Of a stretch of 64,000 nucleotides of DNA, positions 38,975 through 46,769 are shown piece after piece. The stretch is from a virus: positions 96,545 through 160,544 of IMG/VR virus record IMGVR_UViG_3300048599_000816; one strand, 5' to 3'. The notes under the pieces are model-generated. The model saw nothing but the letters and a program-made list of their open reading frames with translations. It was not told the origin of the DNA and ran no database searches. Position 1 is the first letter of the stretch. Every line of letters starts with the position of its first letter. The position numbers and the translations under genes are program-made.

Positions 38975-39705
38975 CGTATTCTTTTTACTTGTATTTTCTT
39001 TTGAACAAATGTAGAATCCCATTTTTTTTGCTTTGTTATATCAAGGTTTATGTCATTTGACACCCAAATATTCTTTATTTCGAAATTTTTCACTCGATCT
39101 TTGTCATCATGATCAACATGTTCTAAATCGTTTTCTAAAAAATGAAAATGTTTAATACCTAAAGCATGAAATCTTTTGTAAAAATCATAATCAACACAAC
39201 CCCAACCTTCTAACCTTTCATCAAATCCATTCAGCTCTTGAAAATGTTTTTTCAAGAAAATAGAAGTGCCAGAGATTGACGATAAAAAAAGTTGTTTTTC
39301 ATCACCAAATATAGAGTAACAATATTCCCACTTTTTACCTTTAACAGGTTCTGTTGGTACACCTCGAAAAGGCACACCTTGCATAAGACAATTTGACTTT
39401 ATTTTTGTCAAATCTATTTTCGGGTTTTTTATTTTAACATCAGCATCTAAATAAAAAATCATATCGCTTGTTGCATAATTGATAGCAACATTACGACCTA
39501 TTGAAGGATTATAACTCAGAGATTCTTCTAATACAATCAATTTGATTCTTGAATCAGGGTACATATCGACTATATCTTTTGCAGATTCTTTTCCGCAATT
39601 AAAATCAAATATTATAATCTCATCACAAGGGAAATTTAACCAAGTGGGAAGAGCTTCTCGCAAACCAAAATTCCAATCTAAAACATTTGTACAAATCGAT
39701 ATCAT
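38971..39705 (-). CDS. GT-A-fold glycosyltransferase, paralogue B (convergent with paralogue A)
   Basis: ICTNVLDWNFGLREALPTWLNFPCDEIIIFDFNCGKESAKDI...FYLDADVKI; clearly homologous to 38324..38974, on the opposite strand. Confidence 0.45.
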   Translation of the reverse strand: MISICTNVLDWNFGLREALPTWLNFPCDEIIIFDFNCGKESAKDIVDMYPDSRIKLIVLEESLSYNPSIGRNVAINYATSDMIFYLDADVKIKNPKIDLTKIKSNCLMQGVPFRGVPTEPVKGKKWEYCYSIFGDEKQLFLSSISGTSIFLKKHFQELNGFDERLEGWGCVDYDFYKRFHALGIKHFHFLENDLEHVDHDDKDRVKNFEIKNIWVSNDINLDITKQKKWDSTFVQKKIQVKRIR

Positions 39706-39914
39706 TTTCTCGCTTCTATCTCTCTATATTGAATCTCATACACACCCTCTTTATGATCAAAAACTCTATATTCGAAATTTTTAGACTTTAATTCGTCAAG
39801 AGTTTTTGTCAATTCTTGTTCGCTACCAACATACTTTATAGGATAGTTAGACCAAGAATAAGTTTGTTGTGCACACTGAAACAATAAAACTAAAATTAAA
39901 AATAACAACTTCAT
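39702..39914 (-). CDS. small secreted protein
   Basis: MKLLFLILVLLFQCAQQ signal peptide. Confidence 0.3.
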   Translation of the reverse strand: MKLLFLILVLLFQCAQQTYSWSNYPIKYVGSEQELTKTLDELKSKNFEYRVFDHKEGVYEIQYREIEARK

Positions 39915-40251
39915 TTTCTATTATACTTCCAAGGTTGTAAAGACCATCTACTCATAGTTTTTTCAGACTCATACCATCTAAAATCGCAAATACTCCAAGT
40001 ATCAAAAACTTTCTTGAAAGCTTTTCCATCTGCAACATCTTCTGTTCTTCTAATTTTCTTGTTAGAACATCTCTTAAAGAACTGACGACGTTTTGAACCT
40101 TTGTAACCATCTGTGACCCAAGGTTTACGATTTGAACGTGATATGTTGAACTCCTTAGTTTAAGTAATTACAACATATCACCTCCTTTGAAAATGTTCAA
40201 GAAACTCTATTTACTACTATCTATTATAAAATAATTTCAAAACTTGTCAAT

Positions 40252-41262
40252 TTATTTTTTTATTGTTCTTTCATAATCTTCAAAACGAATTTTTGCAATT
40301 TTTGAACGATCAGCTGTTCTCGCAACAACACCCTCAGGTTTACCTTCTAACCCTTTATCTAAAGATGCAAAAGTCGATCCGGGTAAAATATACTTTAACC
40401 ATCCATAAGTCTTTTCAACGCTTTTAGGCGGATTATAAGCTGGAATACTTGGTACAAGGTCGCAATAGATTCTTTTTGCTATTTTTTCGATTTCATCTTT
40501 AGTAACAAATTTTTGACCACCATTGTCTCTCCATGAAGCAATTTTATCTAAAGGTAAATCAAGCAATTCTTCAAACTCTTTTGCGCCCATTATCATAACA
40601 TCAAATAATCTAAAACCAAGATTACCTGTTTTAGTGTATTGTTTTGCGCTCTTTGTTGCTTTACCACCGTATGTCTCACCAAATAAAACATAAACGCGTT
40701 GTTCAAGTTCATCGTGCAACATACGTCTTGCATTATCAGCAATAGTTCGTACTGTTTCAACAATATCATGTACTGGATTGAAAATAATATCGCCATAAGC
40801 ATGTAGTAACTCTTCTCTTGATCCAATGACATACATATCTTTGGGAAAAAGAATTATACGACTATTTACCCCATCAATTTTTTCAGAAACAAAAATTTCT
40901 TCAACAGATTCAAAAGAAACCAATACTTCGTCTTTTAAAGATCCTCTATCGCCAAGCGCATGATATGTAAGAATACTAGGGTATTTAGTTGCAGAATTCA
41001 CTTTTTTAAGATCAAATGAACGTATATTAGTACAATATTTACCGTAATCAGGATTGCTCTTCATTAAATCGTCAATAGTTGCTGGTCTAATATTCCATGA
41101 GATTTGTTCGCAATTCCCGCAAACACAATCCATAGAAAGCGAAATAGCATCGTATGGCATTAAAACTTCGTTTTTGCAATTTTTACAAACTATCACGCCA
41201 AAAGAGCTTGGTGGACAAAACTTTCCTTCATGAGTGCTACCACAAAAAATACAATGTCCCAT
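40252..41262 (-). CDS. ATP-dependent polynucleotide ligase-family nucleotidyltransferase, probably an RNA ligase, with N-terminal Zn-finger domain
   Basis: Motif I EKIDGVN (KxDG), motif III VLFGETYG, motif V LEGKPEGVVARTAD. No room for a C-terminal OB domain. N-terminal Cys cluster CIFCGS..CKNCKN..CVCGNC. Confidence 0.5.
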   Translation of the reverse strand: MGHCIFCGSTHEGKFCPPSSFGVIVCKNCKNEVLMPYDAISLSMDCVCGNCEQISWNIRPATIDDLMKSNPDYGKYCTNIRSFDLKKVNSATKYPSILTYHALGDRGSLKDEVLVSFESVEEIFVSEKIDGVNSRIILFPKDMYVIGSREELLHAYGDIIFNPVHDIVETVRTIADNARRMLHDELEQRVYVLFGETYGGKATKSAKQYTKTGNLGFRLFDVMIMGAKEFEELLDLPLDKIASWRDNGGQKFVTKDEIEKIAKRIYCDLVPSIPAYNPPKSVEKTYGWLKYILPGSTFASLDKGLEGKPEGVVARTADRSKIAKIRFEDYERTIKK

Positions 41263-41270
41263 ATTTTTCC

Positions 41271-41714
41271 TTAATCTTCATAAACGCGTTTTTCAAAACG
41301 TAAACGAAATGCTTTAACAACATCACCATGATCAAAAGCTAAAGGCGGTAAATTATTAAGATCAAAATATGCAATTGCTCTTGCATCATCTTTTGCTTTC
41401 ATCTCACCATAATGTGCCAAAACAACATAGACATGATCAATTACATGACCTCTTGGATCTCTAACAGGACTAGAATTAACGCTGAAAAGTTGAATCTTAT
41501 CTATATGTGTAACTAAATTTGTTTCTTCATAGAATTCTCGAATTGCAGCTTGTTCAAGTGTTTCTTGATCACAATTAAGAAAACCACCTGGAAGTGCCCA
41601 CATTCCAGCAAAAGGTTCGTGATCTCTCTGAATTAAAAGCAACTTATTGTCATTAACAAAAATCAAGCTTGCTGTTGATGCTGCATTTTTGAAATCATGG
41701 ATTTTTTCTGGCAT
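41271..41714 (-). CDS. Nudix hydrolase
   Basis: Nudix box LPGGFLNCDQETLEQAAIREFYEETNL (GX5EX7REUXEEXGU). Confidence 0.75.
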   Translation of the reverse strand: MPEKIHDFKNAASTASLIFVNDNKLLLIQRDHEPFAGMWALPGGFLNCDQETLEQAAIREFYEETNLVTHIDKIQLFSVNSSPVRDPRGHVIDHVYVVLAHYGEMKAKDDARAIAYFDLNNLPPLAFDHGDVVKAFRLRFEKRVYED

Positions 41715-41958
41715 TATGTGGCCCCTTCAAAAAAATAAAATTATCTTCTAATATTTGAAATGCTGTTGGATGCTGTATTGCAATACAATTACCACAATGA
41801 CATCTGTAACCAAAACGTTTATCTTTGATATTAGTGTTGAAACTGTCACAACAAAGACATTCTTCAGTAAGTTGAAAATCTTTAGGCAACATATTTGTAA
41901 TTGCTTCAAAATTTTTCTTTACTTCTTGTAATAACATGTAATGTTTTACTGTATCCAC
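41695..41958 (-). CDS. hypothetical Zn-finger protein
   Basis: CLCC...CHCGNC. Confidence 0.3.
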   Translation of the reverse strand: MDTVKHYMLLQEVKKNFEAITNMLPKDFQLTEECLCCDSFNTNIKDKRFGYRCHCGNCIAIQHPTAFQILEDNFIFLKGPHNARKNP

Positions 41959-42072
41959 AATAATTCCTATTGTTCATAAAATTGCACTACATACTATTGT
42001 ATATTTTTTAATAAAAAAGAGTAAAAAATGAAGCATTTTAAATTAAGTTACTATTAAAAACTGAATAGTAAC

Positions 42073-42618
42073 TTAATCGTGTTGTAGTTGTATATTCCAA
42101 TAGATAAAATCAACCCAAGTTTCATGAGGAATTTCTATAGCTAATCTACGAACAACCTGGGAAGGTGCTGCTCTATTGAACTTTGGTACATAAGGTGCAC
42201 GAATCAATTTTCTTTTATAGTTCTTAACATCTTTACAACCTTTTTGACTATTACATCTTGTACAACTAACAACAATATTATCCCACCAAGTTTTTCCACC
42301 ACTATCTCTTGGTACAACATGATCAAATGTAAAATTCGAAAGAGATACTGTCTTTCCACAATACATACATCGACCACCATCTCTGATAAACACATTCTTT
42401 CTGTTAAAAGGAAGAATATTTGTAAAGTGTTTTGGAATGTAATCTGACTTAATACATTTGATTACAGATGGAACTGGCATTGAAAATCCAACACATTGAA
42501 AAGTCTCAGCATAGTCAGCGACAGAAATAGCTTTCTCTGTTGTTATAAGAGAAATTGCTCTACGTGTCGAAACAATTGAAACTGGGATCATACCAGTATT
42601 TAAAACTAAAGTCTCCAC
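42073..42618 (-). CDS. HNH endonuclease
   Basis: CMYCGKTVSLSNFTFDHVVPRDSGGKTWWDNIVVSCTRCNSQKG. Confidence 0.7.
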   Translation of the reverse strand: METLVLNTGMIPVSIVSTRRAISLITTEKAISVADYAETFQCVGFSMPVPSVIKCIKSDYIPKHFTNILPFNRKNVFIRDGGRCMYCGKTVSLSNFTFDHVVPRDSGGKTWWDNIVVSCTRCNSQKGCKDVKNYKRKLIRAPYVPKFNRAAPSQVVRRLAIEIPHETWVDFIYWNIQLQHD

Positions 42619-42639
42619 CTATTACCTCAAACATTCTTC

Positions 42640-42831
42640 TTAAGAACTTGTCACTTGTCTTTTTAACGCTTTCAGTTTTCGTTTATAATATTTAATAGAA
42701 TTTTGTAATAATTTCTTTGAATGTAAATCTGTCACATATAAAATCGCAATGTTATTAATTGCAATTTGATCTTCACAGTGTTTGAACTTTTCTTCAAGCG
42801 TCTGTTTCAAACGAATTAACTCCAACTCCAA
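42640..42831 (-). CDS. hypothetical small protein
   Basis: ORF track. Confidence 0.25.
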   Translation of the reverse strand: MELELIRLKQTLEEKFKHCEDQIAINNIAILYVTDLHSKKLLQNSIKYYKRKLKALKRQVTSS

Positions 42832-43006
42832 CCTTTTTGTTCAAGAACTGCAATTGCTTCTTGAAATTCTTTTGCATCAGAAATAGCTTGATCTTTTGAC
42901 CCTTGCGCTACAACACCTGTAGTATCATTCGCTATAGTGTTGCGAGCTCTAATTTCTCTTTGCAAATGCGAAATAGTTCTTTCAAACATAGTATCCTCCT
43001 TAAAAA

Positions 43007-43088
43007 TATCCAAGGCCGGGTTCGAACCGGCATGAGTTTCCTCGACGAGTCTTAAGCCCGTTGTGTCTCCCAATTTCACCACTTGGAC
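43007..43088 (-). tRNA. tRNA-Leu(TAA), class II
   Basis: Acceptor GUCCAAG/CUUGGAU, T-arm GCCGG-UUCGAAC-CCGGC, anticodon loop CUUAAGA, variable hairpin GAG-GAAA-CUC. The ORF-track ORF 42816..43247 runs through it (GSNPALD is the T-arm translated) and is therefore doubtful. Confidence 0.65.
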
Positions 43089-43385
43089 TTGATTACTAAT
43101 TCTAAAATGTTTTTTACATACTTCACAAAAATAACTACAATAACCTTCAGGATTCAAAGTTCCAGCAATCATTGTTGTATTTTTCGCTTCACATTCAGGA
43201 CAATGAACATCTGTTTTTGTTGTGAGCCATTTTAAGCGAAAAACCATGATTCACCTTTTATTCAAATCGCTCTACAATATTTTTCCAATTTCTCTTGTCA
43301 GTTCTTACTTTTTTTCGACCCCATTTTATTTGATCTATTTTGGGTGTAGAAACTTCATGTCTTTCTTCTTTTTTTATTGCTTCTT

Positions 43386-43988
43386 TCATTTCTTCACACA
43401 AAAAACACTATAATTTCCAAAAGTTGGTTTTCCAAAATGAATCGTCATATCAGGTTCAAGTCCTGTCTTTCTTACATAGATGGAAAATCTACTATCTAAC
43501 ATATCGTACAAATCGTTCTCAGTATAATGTTTGATGTGATATTTCACAACTCTATGATCAGGGTATCTTACTCCATTTGGAGTAGTAAAACACCAAATGC
43601 CTTTTTCTTTCAAAACTCTGTAAACTTCACTAATCATCTGTTCAGCATCAGTCACATGTTCAAATGTCTCAACAGAAATTACAGTATCAAAAGTTGCATT
43701 CTCTTCAGGTATCTTGCAAATATCACCAACTTCATATTTTATTTTTTCATCTGCATAATACTTTTGAGCAAATTCAATTGTTTCTGGATCAATGTCATAT
43801 CCCTTTACAGATTGTGCTCTATTTGAAAGCATCTTCGATCCCATACCACATCCACAAGCAATATCTAGAACAACTTTATTTTCAGCTGCTACCAAAAATT
43901 CTCGATACATCAGATCATGAATATCAATATTACCCTGACCTTGCTTATCATCATGTTGCGGAACTATTCTTTCACCTGTGTAAATCAT
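43386..43988 (-). CDS. class I SAM-dependent methyltransferase
   Basis: Motif I VLDIACGCGMGS and the DxxxF acidic motif. Confidence 0.6.
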   Translation of the reverse strand: MIYTGERIVPQHDDKQGQGNIDIHDLMYREFLVAAENKVVLDIACGCGMGSKMLSNRAQSVKGYDIDPETIEFAQKYYADEKIKYEVGDICKIPEENATFDTVISVETFEHVTDAEQMISEVYRVLKEKGIWCFTTPNGVRYPDHRVVKYHIKHYTENDLYDMLDSRFSIYVRKTGLEPDMTIHFGKPTFGNYSVFCVKK

Positions 43989-44689
43989 TAATCTTTCCTT
44001 ATATAAACGTGTTGATCAATAAATTCTCTCTTCTTAGAAAACACTGGGATACTCAAATCAACATCGTTATTTACAATGCAAAAACCTCGTTTCCGAACAA
44101 TCGGATATTTATCGAAATTGATTCCTTTTTGAAAGAGCATCTCTTGTATTACGTTGCAACTTACTTTTTTTAACTCTTCATGAGAGAAATGCTCTCTTCC
44201 TGCCATTTGAATTGCATTTCTTGTTGCATCAATCTGTCTCCAGATAAAATAATTTGTCACATCATCTTGCGGAACAGAAAAGACTCTACTATCAAAACAA
44301 ACATTCTTTCCATGCAACCTTGAAAAAACTGCACTTGCTAGTGATGCTGAAATAGAAATCATTTTTCGTGCATCATACCCAAACCATGGATCAGTCCCAA
44401 TTGTTTTGTAATCAGTCAAAAGAAAACTAATCTCATCAGATTGACAATAACAAAATGTACAACCTTGCATATCTTTTTTGACTGTTTTTGCAGTTTCAAT
44501 CATCTGCTCAACAAACTCCATTGACCATGCTTTGCCAAATCTCTTACGTGTAATAGTATGAAATGCGCGACCATCAATTCTCAGAATAACTGGTACTCTT
44601 CGTACCATAGTCCAAGCAGACACAGATTCGTAGGTTTTAAACCGATTTCCAATCTCAAGCCCATCACTACTCATACATTTACCTTTCAA
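43988..44689 (-). CDS. Thg1-like protein (tRNA 3'-5' nucleotidyltransferase/polymerase family)
   Basis: VPVILRIDGRAFHTITRKRF (RIDGRxFHxF) and CQSDEISFLL (SDExSF), the two Thg1 signatures. Confidence 0.8.
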   Translation of the reverse strand: MKGKCMSSDGLEIGNRFKTYESVSAWTMVRRVPVILRIDGRAFHTITRKRFGKAWSMEFVEQMIETAKTVKKDMQGCTFCYCQSDEISFLLTDYKTIGTDPWFGYDARKMISISASLASAVFSRLHGKNVCFDSRVFSVPQDDVTNYFIWRQIDATRNAIQMAGREHFSHEELKKVSCNVIQEMLFQKGINFDKYPIVRKRGFCIVNNDVDLSIPVFSKKREFIDQHVYIRKD

Positions 44690-44701
44690 CTAGCATTTTA
44701 A

Positions 44702-44785
44702 CGGAAGCACCAGGAATCGAACCCGGGGAGCATTGCTGCTTTGCTTGATTTCGAATCAAGGTCCTCGACCAACCGGACTGCTTCC
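44702..44785 (-). tRNA. tRNA-Ser(CGA), class II
   Basis: Acceptor GGAAGCA/UGCUUCC, anticodon stem CUUGA/UCAAG with loop UUCGAAA, variable hairpin AGCA-GCAA-UGCU, T-loop UUCGAUU. Confidence 0.6.
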
Positions 44786-44841
44786 TTATATAGTTTTATT
44801 AACATTATCACTCAATATTGCTAGACTGTGTCGTAGCTTAA

Positions 44842-45201
44842 TTAAAAACAAAACCAACCTGTGCATTTAGTGCACTTTACTCCACCACCTGGTGCATCAA
44901 CAATTTCATGTTCACAATCAGGATCTGCATCGAAAAGTTCATTTTCAAACACAGTATCTTCTTTCAAAGTTTGATTGGTTTTTTCTTGTGTTGTCATATT
45001 TTGTTTACAACTAAGCCCGTGACAAACAAAATAATTACCAAGTCTGTCGTCTCCTTGCAAACCAGTTAAATGTCTGAACAGAAAAAGTGTAAGTTCTTCC
45101 TCTAAAAAACCAGAAGCATTTCTTACAACTTCCTTTTTACAATAATCGCATTTCAAAATTAAACCTAAAATAAAAGATCGCGAGAGGACTTGAACCTCCA
45201 A
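44842..45201 (-). CDS. hypothetical Cys-rich protein
   Basis: ORF track; the N-terminal roughly 8 codons overlap tRNA-Cys, so the true start may be downstream. Confidence 0.3.
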   Translation of the reverse strand: MEVQVLSRSFILGLILKCDYCKKEVVRNASGFLEEELTLFLFRHLTGLQGDDRLGNYFVCHGLSCKQNMTTQEKTNQTLKEDTVFENELFDADPDCEHEIVDAPGGGVKCTKCTGWFCF

Positions 45202-45246
45202 TGGACTCTTTTGCAGAGAGTTACCTTACCATTTGGCGACGCGATC
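45175..45246 (-). tRNA. tRNA-Cys(GCA)
   Basis: Acceptor GAUCGCG/CGCGAUC, U8, anticodon stem ACUCU/AGAGU with loop CUGCAAA, T-arm GGAGG-UUCAAGU-CCUCU. Confidence 0.6.
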
Positions 45247-45563
45247 ATTACGATAAATTATGTAATTCTTCAGCACACTCATAATAAATAGCTCGTTCTT
45301 CATTCGTGATACTTCTTGATTGTGCTTTCTCTGTCCATTTTTTTACTAAATCATGAGCAGAATTTTTCAAAATTTGTAATTTGTCTTTATCTGTTATAAG
45401 TGCATCCATTAGAATCCACCTAAACTAATTATTTTATCGTGAATTTTTGCAATGTAAAAACCGAAACAATCACAACTATATTTGCTCCAATCTTTCATGC
45501 AATTTTCATATTCAACTATCAATTGCTGTTTTGTTGCATTTTCAATGTTGTTCATGTTATTCA

Positions 45564-45653
45564 CTTTTATAAACGGTGAGAGTAGGATTCGAACCCACGG
45601 TACTCTTTCGAGATACTCTCGATTTCAAGTCGAGCGCAATAGACCAGACTCTG
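45564..45653 (-). tRNA. tRNA-Ser(TGA), class II
   Basis: Acceptor GGUGAGA/UCUCACC, anticodon stem CUCGA/UCGAG with loop CUUGAAA, long variable hairpin GUAUCUC-GAAA-GAGUAC, T-loop UUCGAAU. Confidence 0.6.
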
Positions 45654-45663
45654 CCATCTCACC

Positions 45664-45855
45664 CTAATTATTATGTTTCGCTAAATTTTCATATCTTTCA
45701 CTTTTTTCAGCATAAGACATATTTAAAACTGTTTGATCTAGACTAAATAATTCCCAATTTTTACTCACACAAGGACCACATTCTTTTGTTTTAAGTCTCA
45801 TACAATCAAGACAAGTGAACTTTCCATTTCTTCTCTGCTTAAGAATTTCAGTCAT
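45664..45855 (-). CDS. hypothetical Zn-finger protein
   Basis: Trimmed to MTEILKQRRNGKFTCLDCMRLKTKECGPC. The longer N-terminus (MVEHRNHNPNVAGSIPV) is tRNA-Met translated. Confidence 0.3.
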   Translation of the reverse strand: MTEILKQRRNGKFTCLDCMRLKTKECGPCVSKNWELFSLDQTVLNMSYAEKSERYENLAKHNN

Positions 45856-45920
45856 AAGAATCTCCTGGTTATGTGTTACTGTTAGCCAGTAGATTCTTAT
45901 ATAATTTTTAGAAAAGAAAT

Positions 45921-45991
45921 TAGCAGTGACTGGGATCGAACCAGCGACATTCGGATTATGATTCCGGTGTTCCACCACTGAACTACACTGC
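45921..45991 (-). tRNA. tRNA-Met(CAT) (or lysidine-Ile)
   Basis: Acceptor AGCAGUG/CACUGCU, D-arm GUUC-AGUGGUGGA-AC, anticodon loop AUCAUAA, T-arm GCUGG-UUCGAUC-CCAGU. Confidence 0.6.
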
Positions 45992-46007
45992 TATAAAAGT
46001 TTAAAAA

Positions 46008-46175
46008 TGGTTGCATCTGAGTTATCAATGCGTAGTTTTGCTTTTGACAGTTTAAACGACTGTTGCCTGTACCATTCGGCTACTTCCCCACTAAATCGAC
46101 ATAATCAACTTAGTGGGGAAGCTTGGACTCGAACCAAGAAAAAAATGTAAGCATTAAACGTTAAAAGATGCAACC
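46008..46175 (-). tRNA. circularly permuted tRNA-like gene, copy 1 (anticodon loop CGUUUAA; UUU would be Lys)
   Basis: RNA-sense order: helix strand GGUUGCAUCU, spacer, T-arm CUUGG-UUCGAGU-CCAAG, 3' acceptor CUUCCCC, discriminator A, 19-nt loop, 5' acceptor GGGGAAG, U8A9, D-arm GCC-GAAUGGUACA-GGC, anticodon arm ACAGU-CGUUUAA-ACUGU, spacer, helix strand AGAUGCAACC. Confidence 0.55.
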
Positions 46176-46176
46176 A

Positions 46177-46198
46177 AATATTTTCAAAGAACTAAATT
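46177..46198 (-). promoter_or_regulatory. conserved promoter-like motif AAAT(A)TTTTCAAAGAACT upstream of permuted unit 1
   Basis: One of six near-identical copies, each abutting the 5' end of a minus-strand RNA gene. In RNA sense it reads AGTTCTTTGAAAAT, containing TTTG. Confidence 0.45.
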
Positions 46199-46203
46199 AA
46201 AAT

Positions 46204-46370
46204 GATTGTGTCTGAGTTATCAATGCGTTGTTTTGCTTTTGACAGTTCCTAATACTGTTGCCTATACCAATTCGGCTACTCCGCCACGCAATTGACATAA
46301 TCAACTGAGTGGCGGAGCTTGGACTTGAACCAAGAAAAAATGTAAGCATTAACGGTTAAAAGACACAATC
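46204..46370 (-). tRNA. circularly permuted tRNA-like gene, copy 2 (anticodon loop AUUAGGA; UAG would be Leu)
   Basis: Same architecture as copy 1 with compensatory changes: closing helix GAUUGUGUCU/AGACACAAUC, acceptor CUCCGCC/GGCGGAG, T-arm CUUGG-UUCAAGU-CCAAG, D-arm GCC-GAAUUGGUAUA-GGC, anticodon arm ACAGU-AUUAGGA-ACUGU. Confidence 0.55.
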
Positions 46371-46392
46371 AATATTTTCAAAGAACTAAATT
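46371..46392 (-). promoter_or_regulatory. same motif upstream of permuted unit 2
   Basis: aatattttcaaagaactaaatt. Confidence 0.45.
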
Positions 46393-46598
46393 GCTCCAAA
46401 CGGAATATCTTGACAAGTGCAACGAGTTTTTGGATTTTCAAAATTACCTGAACCTGTGATTTCTTTACCACATGTTGCACAATCTTTTCCCAAACCACTA
46501 CCTTTGCATTCTTGACATTGTTTTTGTCTATTTTTAGAGTCCTTCCCTGAACCACTACAAATTTGACAAGGTTTTCTATTCCACTTAGGCATACTCAT
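46386..46598 (-). CDS. hypothetical Cys-rich Zn-ribbon protein
   Basis: CQICSGSGKD...CQECKGSG...CATCGKE...CTC. Preferred over the overlapping frame 46349..46555. Confidence 0.3.
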   Translation of the reverse strand: MSMPKWNRKPCQICSGSGKDSKNRQKQCQECKGSGLGKDCATCGKEITGSGNFENPKTRCTCQDIPFGAI

Positions 46599-46612
46599 AA
46601 AAACTCACCAAG

Positions 46613-46694
46613 TACCCAGAGAGGGACTTCAACCCTCACGCCTTTCGGCAATTGCTTTTGAGACAACCGTGTCTTGCAATTCCACCACCTGGGC
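46613..46694 (-). tRNA. tRNA-Leu(CAA), class II
   Basis: Acceptor GCCCAGG/UCUGGGU (two G-U pairs), anticodon loop CUCAAAA, variable hairpin GCC-GAAA-GGC, T-arm GAGGG-UUGAAGU-CCCUC. Confidence 0.6.
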
Positions 46695-46769
46695 ATAAAT
46701 ATCTTCAGTCATTTTTTCATTAAACTTATTTGTTTCTATACAAATTCTCATTTTAAATTCAATTAAAAA

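Noticed and set aside
42816-43247. 143-aa ORF-track ORF spanning tRNA-Leu(TAA); also the N-terminal extensions MAEHRNLSPRV (32930..34222), MVEHRNHNPNVAGSIPV (45664..45978) and GGSRLVGLRPRP (50255..51316), and plus-strand ORFs 45482..45667 and 34062..34462.
   Set aside because: These peptide stretches are translations of tRNA stems and T-loops (recurrent GSIP/GSNPALD-type artefacts). The tRNA folds are far better supported, so I trimmed or discarded the ORFs.
46008-46370. Alternative readings of the two 170-nt units: a single tRNA with an intron, or two ordinary tRNAs across the tandem junction.
   Set aside because: No intron placement can restore canonical 5'-to-3' order. Cross-unit acceptor strands (GGCGGAG versus CUUCCCC) are not complementary, whereas within-unit strands are and they covary. 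The permuted interpretation was retained.
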